Both the position numbers and the translations under genes were made by a program. The notes beneath the pieces are model-generated. The model searched no databases and was not told where the DNA came from. It saw only the letters and a list, made by a program, of their open reading frames with translations. Below, piece by piece: positions 56,993 through 64,000 of a stretch of DNA of 64,000 nt (the first letter of the stretch is position 1; each line of letters begins with the position of its first letter). Where the stretch lies: the NCBI GenBank assembly GCA_028821115.1, contig JAPPHF010000078.1, positions 1,054-65,053 on the forward strand. Direction: 5' to 3'. The stretch is from Deltaproteobacteria bacterium (GTDB taxonomy: Bacteria > Desulfobacterota > Binatia > UBA9968 > JAJDTQ01).

Positions 56993-57041
56993 CCCCGTCC
57001 CGTTTCAGCCCGCGAAGTACCACCCTAACCCGCGGAGTACC

Positions 57042-58424
57042 CTACCCTCCGAAGTATCCTAGATGCCGGAGCCAGACGAAGTGAAGCGGCAACGTGACTA
57101 TCCACGCCAGCAGCGTGAGGGCCAGCAGCAGACGGGTGGCGTGACCGATCCCCATCCCCGCCATTCGCGACGCCACCACCATGGGCGGCAGCTCGTAAGG
57201 GAAGGGCACCATGGACCAGTTGACGGCCTGCACCAGCAGCACCGTGGCCACGGGCCAGCCGCTGGCGGCGCTGATGTCCCTGGCCAGGGTGGCGGCGATG
57301 ACCGGTTCGCCCGGGACCGTGGTAGCCATGCTGATGATCATGCCCACGGCGCTCATGGCGGCGAGATTGGAGAGGTCGTGGCCGGGCTGCATGGGGAGCC
57401 TGTCCAACAGCCAGCCGGCCAGCAGGCCGCCCAAACCGCTATGCACCACCACCGATCCCATGCCGATAATGCCGCAAATGAAGAGCCACGGACCGAGGTT
57501 GACCTTGCCCGTGAGGGAGGTGGCAGGGATGCATCCCAGGCGCGGCAGCAGACAGAGGATGCCCGCTCCCAGGGCGATCCAGGCGGGAGACATCCGGTGC
57601 CAGTGGTCCGTGACCCAGAGCGCCAGGGTCACGACCAGGATCAGCACCAGGTTGCGTTCGGCGGCCGTCCACGGCGCGCTTGCGGCGGTCGCCGAAGCCG
57701 GTTCGAACCGGGCCGGGAAAAGGGCGGCAATCAGGAAAGGGAGTGCCACGATATTGACGATACTGATGACCGGGAAATGCAACAGGAAAAACTCCCCGTA
57801 GGTGATCTTGATTCCGTGGATGCTCTCGGCCGCTCCCAGGAGCACGACATTGGGCACGGCCGCCGTCAGGATGCCGAAGCTCGGGAAGATACTGCCGGCC
57901 GCCACGGCCAGGGTGATGCCGGTACGGCCTTTGCTGCCCGGGCCGAACCCGAGCCGCTCCCCCATGTTCAGGAAGATCGGCAGCATCACGAGCACCCGGC
58001 CCATGTTGGAAGGCATGATAAAGCCCATGAGAGCCGCGGTGAGTACGATACGCCAGAGAAACCCCCGGTAGGACCTGCCGAAGTAGCCGACCGCGGCGGT
58101 GGCGATGCGGGCTCCGAGGCCGGTGGTCTGCACCGAGGCGGCGATGATCAACCCGCCGAACACGAGCCACGCCGCGGTTGACTGGAAACCGGCGAAGACC
58201 ACGTCCGGCGGGGCGGCGGCCACGGTCACGGCGAGGAAGCAGAAGATGACTGCGGTCAGGTACTCGGGTATGACGGCGGTCGCCCACAGCCCGATGCACA
58301 CCACCGCGACCGCGGCCGCGGGCAGTATTCCCGCCGGCAACCCGGTGGGCGTCGGCGCCACGGCCAGCGCCACGCCGGCGGCGCAGGCGGCCGAAGCTAC
58401 CAGCCGATGAGGTGTTAGTGTCAT
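57042..58424 (-). CDS. ion-transporter superfamily anion permease (DASS/SLC13- or ArsB/NhaD-like)
   Basis: 460 aa polytopic protein with two-fold repeat architecture; ATGA overlap with maiA stop. Confidence 0.7.
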   Translation of the reverse strand: MTLTPHRLVASAACAAGVALAVAPTPTGLPAGILPAAAVAVVCIGLWATAVIPEYLTAVIFCFLAVTVAAAPPDVVFAGFQSTAAWLVFGGLIIAASVQTTGLGARIATAAVGYFGRSYRGFLWRIVLTAALMGFIMPSNMGRVLVMLPIFLNMGERLGFGPGSKGRTGITLAVAAGSIFPSFGILTAAVPNVVLLGAAESIHGIKITYGEFFLLHFPVISIVNIVALPFLIAALFPARFEPASATAASAPWTAAERNLVLILVVTLALWVTDHWHRMSPAWIALGAGILCLLPRLGCIPATSLTGKVNLGPWLFICGIIGMGSVVVHSGLGGLLAGWLLDRLPMQPGHDLSNLAAMSAVGMIISMATTVPGEPVIAATLARDISAASGWPVATVLLVQAVNWSMVPFPYELPPMVVASRMAGMGIGHATRLLLALTLLAWIVTLPLHFVWLRHLGYFGG

Positions 58425-59059
58425 TCGGCGTCGGGTTGCCGTTCAGGGGTCTGATCCGCGAAGGCGGGCAATCGCATGCAGTTCTCGTAGATCCGGGCCA
58501 GCGTCGGGTAGCGGGCCAGCTCCACACCGAAGCGGCGCGAGTTGACCACCTGGGGCACGAGACAGATGTCCGCCAGCGTCGGCTGGTTCCCGAAGCAGTG
58601 GGTGCCCGTTCGCGAATCGTCCTTGAGCATCGCTTCCATGGCCGAGAAACCCTCGTCGATCCAGCGCGCCGCCCATGCGGTTCTCGCGTCGTCGTCCAGG
58701 CCGAGGTCGTTCTCCAGGTACTGCAGGATCCGGAGGTTGTTGATCGGGTGGATGTCGCAGGCGACGATCTGAGCCATTGCCCGGACCCAGGCCCGGTCCG
58801 CCGGGGCCGGCGGCAGGAAGGGCGGCTCCGGAATCCGTTCTTCCAGATACTCGATGATGGCCAGGGATTGCGTCAGCACCGAGCCGTCGTCTTCCAGGGC
58901 GGGGACCAGACCCTGGGGATTGCGCTCCAGGAAGAGGGCGTCCCGCTGCTCGTTGCGGCGCAGGTGGACCGGCTGGAGGGTGTAGTCGACGTCCTTGAGC
59001 GACAGCGCGATGCGCACCCGGTAGGACGCCGAGCTTCTGAAGTAGCCGTAGAGTTTCAT
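58421..59059 (-). CDS. maiA: maleylacetoacetate/maleylpyruvate isomerase (zeta-class glutathione S-transferase)
   Basis: MKLYGYFRSSASYRVRIAL, NPQGLVPAL, TQSLAIIEYL zeta-GST signature; GGGAGGA SD before ATG 59059. Confidence 0.88.
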   Translation of the reverse strand: MKLYGYFRSSASYRVRIALSLKDVDYTLQPVHLRRNEQRDALFLERNPQGLVPALEDDGSVLTQSLAIIEYLEERIPEPPFLPPAPADRAWVRAMAQIVACDIHPINNLRILQYLENDLGLDDDARTAWAARWIDEGFSAMEAMLKDDSRTGTHCFGNQPTLADICLVPQVVNSRRFGVELARYPTLARIYENCMRLPAFADQTPERQPDAE

Positions 59060-59470
59060 GAGTCCTCCCATGCGGACCGAGACGGGTCCATTCCGCTGGC
59101 ATTCTTTTGTCCGCCCGCCGAAGGGGTATCCTAGCACGACACCCGCAGCGGAGTTAAAGGAGCCGAATCGTCGTGCGCCGACTGACGTCGGTCCTTCCGG
59201 TCGCCGTCCCCCGGCCCCCTGACCGCTGGCAGTTCCGATTCGCCTGGAGTCCGGGGGGCCCTTGCCCAGTAGTTGCGTCCCGGTGTTTCTCGAAAATACT
59301 ACCCTTTTGAACAGCTCGGCAAAATCATACTTGCGTTAGACAAGGTTGTATGTTCTTATAAAAGATGCTTATCGGGCGAGGTTCTGAAACACCGTGGTTG
59401 CCAGCGCGGGAAAATTGAACTCGACCGATAGCGATCCCGACGTCAGTTTAGTTCACCTTCGAGAAACCTT

Positions 59471-60112
59471 ATGCCCACCCGTAGACGTTCACATAATGTA
59501 GGGACGGCGTTGCATCGCCTGAGAAGGGAGAACGGCTGGACCCTTTCGGTCGTAAGCAACAAGACGGGTGTTGCGGTCTCTACCCTCTCGAAGATCGAGA
59601 ACAACCAGACATCTCCGAACTACGATGTGTTGGTCCGGTTGTGCGAAGGCCTCGACCTGAATCTGGCGGAGTTCTTCGACGGTGGGAGTTTCGCGACCTT
59701 CGCCCACGGATCACGGACGGTCAACCGGCTTGGTGAAGGGCTTCGGGTCGGCGCCCCGGGCCGCGAGTGTCTCGTGTTGAGCGGCGAATTGTCGACGAAG
59801 GCGCTTCATCCCCGCCTGATTCGGGTTGCGAAGGCTCCCGACGACACCGTCGTCGCGCTCGCTCACGCCCACACGGGGGAGGAGTTCGTCTACGTTGTGA
59901 GCGGGTCGGTAAGGTTCTATATGGAGCCCTACAGTATCATGGAGTTGCGCGAAGGCGAGTCGGTGCATTTCGATGCACGCATGCGCCACGGATGGGCCGC
60001 GGCCGGCGACGAGGCCGTAGCGCTGGTGGTGGCACAGACTGCGTTGGAAGGCGGCGATGCGGCGCGAAGTACGAGTTCGCGAATCGCGGACGAGGTCGAA
60101 AAGGGGTCGTGA
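59471..60112 (+). CDS. XRE-family HTH regulator with C-terminal cupin sensor domain
   Basis: N-terminal LRRENGWTLSVVSNKTGVAVSTLSKIENN HTH; C-terminal cupin (GEEFVYVVSG...VHFD). Confidence 0.85.
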   Translation: MPTRRRSHNVGTALHRLRRENGWTLSVVSNKTGVAVSTLSKIENNQTSPNYDVLVRLCEGLDLNLAEFFDGGSFATFAHGSRTVNRLGEGLRVGAPGRECLVLSGELSTKALHPRLIRVAKAPDDTVVALAHAHTGEEFVYVVSGSVRFYMEPYSIMELREGESVHFDARMRHGWAAAGDEAVALVVAQTALEGGDAARSTSSRIADEVEKGS

Positions 60113-60350
60113 TAGAACGTGCGGTACGCGCCGTCGTTGATTTCCCGAAACGTGAAAACGTTATCGGATAAAACTTTTCACTATCGTATCAAAAACGCCA
60201 CTCGGGAAAGCCATCCAACAGCCGTTTGAACGGGCAAGCAACCTCAAGATCGGGACGTAGTCGGTCGCCCGCCGCCGTCGCGGCCGGTGACTCGCAACGG
60301 CGTCGTGATTTCCTCCGTGAGAGGAGCGGTCCGCGACCGGGACGTTTCCG

Positions 60351-60380
60351 TTGACAGCCAAGCCTTTTTTACCCGATAGT
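60351..60380 (+). promoter_or_regulatory. possible sigma70-like promoter TTGACA-N18-GATAGT
   Basis: Consensus -35 in the intergenic region about 60 nt before the amidohydrolase ATG. Confidence 0.3.
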
Positions 60381-60439
60381 GCGACCGGAGCGCGTGAAGC
60401 GGAGGCGGTAACCGCGGATATGCCACAGGAGGAAGATTC

Positions 60440-61546
60440 ATGCGAGAGGTCGGAGTTGTCGATGCGGACTCCCATGTCATGGAAGTGCCGGAGACGTGGG
60501 ACTATCTGGACGAAGAGTTTCGCGGCAGGCGGCCGCTGGTGGTGCGGGGGGAGGGGCTGGCAACTCACTCCCACATCGATGCCTGGTGGCTCATCGACGG
60601 GCAGATTCATCCCAGGTTGTGGGGTTCAGGCACGACCTTCAGCGGAACGCCGCTGGAGATGAAGTTCGCCCGGGAGAAGATCTTCAACATCGGCAGCCAA
60701 GGGCTGACGGACATCGAGGCGCGGATCAAGGATCTGGACGCGTTCGGCATCGACATACAGGTCATCTATTCCTCGATCCTCTTCCACCGCCTTAGCGAAG
60801 ATGCGAGGTTCGAGGCGGCGTTGATGCGGAGCTACAACACCTGGATCTCGCAACGCTGCGACGAGCGGCCGGACCGCTTGAAGTGGGCCGCGGTCATTCC
60901 CATGCGGGACCCGGATGCCTGCGTGGCGGAGGTCCGCCGGGCGCGGGAGTTGGGGGCAGTGGGGCTCATGATCGGGGGCAGCGCCGGCCAGCGGCTGCTG
61001 CACCACCCGGACCTGTCGCCTTTCTATGCCGCCGCCTGCGAGGTGGACCTGCCGGTGTGCATCCATACGGGCTGGAGCGCGCCGGGCCTGACGCAGACCT
61101 GTGAGGACCCCTATGCGGCACTTATCCTCAGCTTCACGCTGCCGGTGCTGATGGGATTCTTCAGCATCCTGGGGGGCGGGGTGCTGGACCGCTTTCCGAA
61201 GCTTCGGGTGGCTTTCCTGGAGGCGGGTTCCGAGTGGATCCCGTACATGGTGGGGCGGATGGACCACTACCATCCGGTCGTGGCGATGCTCGGCAACCGT
61301 TCGAAGAAGCTTCCCAGCGAGTATCTCAAGGAAGGGCGGGTGTACGTGACGTGCGAGGCGGAGGAGCCGCTCCTGCCGCAGGTGATCGATCTGGTGGGAG
61401 AGGATCAGATCCTCATCGAGGGGGATATCCCCCATGCCGAGGCCCGCGAGACCGGAATCGAGGAGATCCGGGAACGTACCGACATCTCCGAGGCCGTCAA
61501 GCAGAAGATCCTGCGCGAGAACGGCCTGGCCTTCTACAATCTTTGA
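60440..61546 (+). CDS. amidohydrolase-2 family protein (ACMSD-like metal-dependent hydrolase/decarboxylase)
   Basis: VVDADSHV N-terminal metal motif, TIM-barrel length, HTGW and GDIPH motifs; AGGAGGA SD. Confidence 0.85.
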   Translation: MREVGVVDADSHVMEVPETWDYLDEEFRGRRPLVVRGEGLATHSHIDAWWLIDGQIHPRLWGSGTTFSGTPLEMKFAREKIFNIGSQGLTDIEARIKDLDAFGIDIQVIYSSILFHRLSEDARFEAALMRSYNTWISQRCDERPDRLKWAAVIPMRDPDACVAEVRRARELGAVGLMIGGSAGQRLLHHPDLSPFYAAACEVDLPVCIHTGWSAPGLTQTCEDPYAALILSFTLPVLMGFFSILGGGVLDRFPKLRVAFLEAGSEWIPYMVGRMDHYHPVVAMLGNRSKKLPSEYLKEGRVYVTCEAEEPLLPQVIDLVGEDQILIEGDIPHAEARETGIEEIRERTDISEAVKQKILRENGLAFYNL

Positions 61547-61556
61547 CGATCACGGC

Positions 61557-62324
61557 TCAGCTCCGCTTGATGACCCCGCTCGAGGTGAATCCTCCGTCCA
61601 CCGGCAGGGTGATACCGGTGATGTAACCGGACTGCGGCAAAGCCAGGAACAGGGCCGCGTGGGCCACGTCCTCCGGCAGGGCGAAACGGCGCATGGGAAT
61701 GGCCCGGTCATACGCGCGGCGGGTTTCGTCGTCGTACATCTTGCGCGTCAGGGCGGTGTCGACGGGTCCTGGCGCCAGCGCGTTTACGGTCACGCCGGTC
61801 TCCGCCCATTCCAGCGCCATGACACGGGTCATGGTGATCATCGCGCCCTTGGTGGCGCCGTATGCCGTGCGCCCGGTGCCTCCCCGCATCCCGGAGATGG
61901 AGGCCATCGCAACGATTCGTCCGTAGCCCGCCTTTACCATGACCGCGCCGGCGGCCTGCATGACCAGAAAGCTGCCGGTGAGATTGATCGAGATCATGCG
62001 GTCCCATTCCTCGCGGGTGGTCTCCAGCGCGAGTTTCTCCAGGCCGATTCCGGCGAACGGCATCAGGATTTCCACCGACCCGAACCGCGCCGCCGTAGCC
62101 TGGATCAGGGCGTCCACGTCGTCGCCCTGGGTCACGTCGGTCTTGACGAACAGCGCCGCAACGCCCTGTGCCGTCAGCTCCTCCACCACTTGCGGGCCGG
62201 CCTCTTCGTTGATGTCGGCGATGACGACGTTCGCGCCGGCTTCGGCCAGCAGCCGAACGGTGGCGCGGCCGATGCCGTTGGCGCCGCCGGTGACGATGGC
62301 GGTGTGTCCTTTCAGCGAGTACAT
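61557..62324 (-). CDS. classical SDR oxidoreductase
   Basis: VTGGANGIGRA, YGATKGA; ATG 62324 preceded by GGAGGA, 16 nt after kbl stop. Confidence 0.88.
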   Translation of the reverse strand: MYSLKGHTAIVTGGANGIGRATVRLLAEAGANVVIADINEEAGPQVVEELTAQGVAALFVKTDVTQGDDVDALIQATAARFGSVEILMPFAGIGLEKLALETTREEWDRMISINLTGSFLVMQAAGAVMVKAGYGRIVAMASISGMRGGTGRTAYGATKGAMITMTRVMALEWAETGVTVNALAPGPVDTALTRKMYDDETRRAYDRAIPMRRFALPEDVAHAALFLALPQSGYITGITLPVDGGFTSSGVIKRS

Positions 62325-62340
62325 GTTGCTTCCTCCGCCG

Positions 62341-63555
62341 CTATTCGATGATACCAAGCTTGCGCCCCAGTTCGGCGAACGCCGCGACGGCGCGGTCCAA
62401 CTCTTCGATGTCGTGGGCCGCCGACATCTGAGCGCGGATTCGATCCTGCCCCCGCGGGACCACCGGGAAGGAAAAGGCGGTCACCAGCACGCCTCGTTCC
62501 CGGAGTCCGTCCGCGAAGGCCTGCGCCAGCTTCGGGTCTCGCAACATCAGCGGCACGATGGGGTGTTCGCCGGGCAGGAGCTCGAACCCCAGGGCAGTCA
62601 TTTCCAGGCGGAAGTGGCGCGCGTTGCGCCACAGCCGGTGGCGCAGATCGGTGGAACCCGTCAGAAGGTCCAGCGCGCTCAGGCTCGTCTGCGCGATGAC
62701 CGGCGCCAGGGTGTTGGAGAACAGGTAGGGGCGCGCGCGCTGACGCAGCCATTGGACGATCTCGGCGCGCGCCGAGACATAGCCGCCGGCCGCTCCGCCC
62801 AGCGCCTTGCCCAGCGTCCCGGTGAGAATGTCCACGCGCCCGGCGACGCCGCAGTGCTCGGGCGTGCCACGGCCGGTGGCGCCGACGAAGCCCACGGCAT
62901 GGCTGTCGTCGACCATGACCAGTGCTTCGTGTCTCTCGGCCAGGTCACAGATGGCCGGAAGGTCGGCGATGGTCCCGTCCATCGAGAACACGCCGTCGGT
63001 GGCGATCAGCCGATAGCGGGCTTCCCGCGCCTCCACGAGCCGGGCCTCCAGTTGGGCCATGTCGTTGTTGGCGTAGCGGAACCGTTGCGCCTTGCACAGG
63101 CGCACGCCGTCGATGATGGAAGCGTGGTTCAGCGCATCGGAGATGACCGCGTCCTCCGGCCCCAGGAGACTTTCGAAAAGGCCCGTGTTGGCGTCGAAGC
63201 AACTGGGGAAGAGGATCGTGTCCTCCATCCCCAGGAAATCGCTCAGGCGCCTTTCCAGGCGCTTGTGGGGAAGCTGGGTGCCGCAGATGAACCGGACCGA
63301 CGACATGCCGAACCCGTACTCGCGCAACGCCTCCGTGGCAGCCTCGACCAGCCGAGGATGATTGGCCAGTCCCAGGTAGTTGTTGGCGCACAGATTGACG
63401 CAGGCCGCGCCGTTCTCGAGCGTGATCTCGCCTTGTTGCGGCGAGGCGATGACCTGCTCCTGTTTGAACAGGCCCTCGGCCTTGAGGTTCTCGATCCTTG
63501 CGGCCAGGTCGCCGGCGAAAGCGTGTGCCATGTGCCCGCGGCCCTGTTCATCCAT
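62341..63555 (-). CDS. kbl: glycine C-acetyltransferase (2-amino-3-ketobutyrate CoA ligase)
   Basis: Colinear with E. coli Kbl as recalled ([57 protein letters not shown]); the alternative start ATG 63531 fits the E. coli N-terminus better. Confidence 0.95.
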   Translation of the reverse strand: MDEQGRGHMAHAFAGDLAARIENLKAEGLFKQEQVIASPQQGEITLENGAACVNLCANNYLGLANHPRLVEAATEALREYGFGMSSVRFICGTQLPHKRLERRLSDFLGMEDTILFPSCFDANTGLFESLLGPEDAVISDALNHASIIDGVRLCKAQRFRYANNDMAQLEARLVEAREARYRLIATDGVFSMDGTIADLPAICDLAERHEALVMVDDSHAVGFVGATGRGTPEHCGVAGRVDILTGTLGKALGGAAGGYVSARAEIVQWLRQRARPYLFSNTLAPVIAQTSLSALDLLTGSTDLRHRLWRNARHFRLEMTALGFELLPGEHPIVPLMLRDPKLAQAFADGLRERGVLVTAFSFPVVPRGQDRIRAQMSAAHDIEELDRAVAAFAELGRKLGIIE

Positions 63556-63576
63556 GGAAGCGGCTCGGGGAGTACG

Positions 63577-64000
63577 TCACGGCTCGCTCCGGGCGACCTC
63601 TTCCCAGACGTACAACGGCTCGATCTTGCCGGTTTCGATCTCGCGCATGCGCTTCTCGCTGACGGGATAGTTGAACTGGGCGTTGCGAAACCGTACCCGC
63701 GCGTCGCCGTGACGCTTGACGTATCCCTTGATCCGCTCCAGGTCTCTCTCCGTCAGATCGAGGTCGTGGAACCGTTGCAACTGGTCGGCGCCGTGCCGCA
63801 GCTCGTCGTTCAGGACCACCTTCATGGCTTCGGCCACCCGCCGTTCGAGCTCGCCGCCCCTGATCCGGCTCAAGGCGAAGAACGTGCCCGAGCCGCCGCC
63901 CTCCAGCACCCCTTCGTCCCCGACCAGGGCTGCCCAGGGCGCCCCCTCCGCCGCCAGCTCGTCGGCGATGGCCTTCTTCTCACGGGACAACCGGATGCTG
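63577..64000 (-). CDS. hypothetical protein (N-terminus may lie beyond the window edge)
   Basis: Open frame to the window end, first ATG at 63990; helical sequence with NDELRHG; no family recognised. Confidence 0.45.
   Translation of the reverse strand, partial: SIRLSREKKAIADELAAEGAPWAALVGDEGVLEGGGSGTFFALSRIRGGELERRVAEAMKVVLNDELRHGADQLQRFHDLDLTERDLERIKGYVKRHGDARVRFRNAQFNYPVSEKRMREIETGKIEPLYVWEEVARSEP

Noticed and set aside
60161-60610. 149-aa minus-strand ORF spanning the regulator-amidohydrolase spacer
   Set aside because: It overlaps the amidohydrolase start and its promoter region, has no SD, and gives a composition-driven translation with no recognisable domain.
1-64000. Scan for CRISPR arrays, rRNA, tRNA, integrases and transposases
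   Set aside because: No regularly spaced direct repeats, no rRNA-like or cloverleaf tRNA sequences apart from the tRNA-like ends of tmRNA, and no recombinase-like ORFs were seen. The scan was by eye, so short or degenerate elements could have been missed.

Overview
High-GC (roughly two-thirds G+C by eye), densely coding bacterial chromosomal segment. All calls come from reading the ORF translations and the DNA; no database search was possible. Positions 1-28.6 kb are core housekeeping. They hold the distal dcw division/cell-wall cluster (murD'-ftsW-murG-murC-murB-ddl-ftsQ-ftsA-ftsZ, mostly translationally coupled through ATGA overlaps), mtnA, a family-2 glutamate-cysteine ligase, a promoter + structured leader + terminator in front of panBC, and smpB-ssrA (tmRNA, tag ADEQDYALAA). 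A long minus-strand block follows: mfd, SurA-like PPIase, pdxA, uvrA, iscS-iscA-nifS-acyltransferase, an SDR and a secreted msrA. A 165-bp palindromic MITE-like element (28629-28793) sits exactly where the content switches to about 35 kb of accessory transport/catabolic genes. These include a UbiD-family decarboxylase / crotonase / acyl-CoA ligase operon joined to a tripartite tricarboxylate transporter (TTT) with a TctA-TctB fusion, a decayed DUF433/DUF5615 toxin-antitoxin pair in a low-GC islet, a second complete TTT system, a LuxR-type regulator, bicupin/MFS/GlcG genes and two orphan TctC binding proteins. The best candidate for an undescribed pathway is a 7-gene operon (47784-53565) that combines three heme-oxygenase-like/PqqC-fold paralogues, a leaderless gamma-glutamyltransferase, two VOC-fold proteins and a TctC binding protein. 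The window ends with DHDPS-like, orphan peptide-type SBP, TauE, anion permease, maiA, XRE-cupin regulator, amidohydrolase, SDR and kbl genes. No CRISPR array, rRNA, tRNA, integrase or transposase gene was seen. Many very long alternative-frame ORFs in the track are high-GC artefacts and were rejected.
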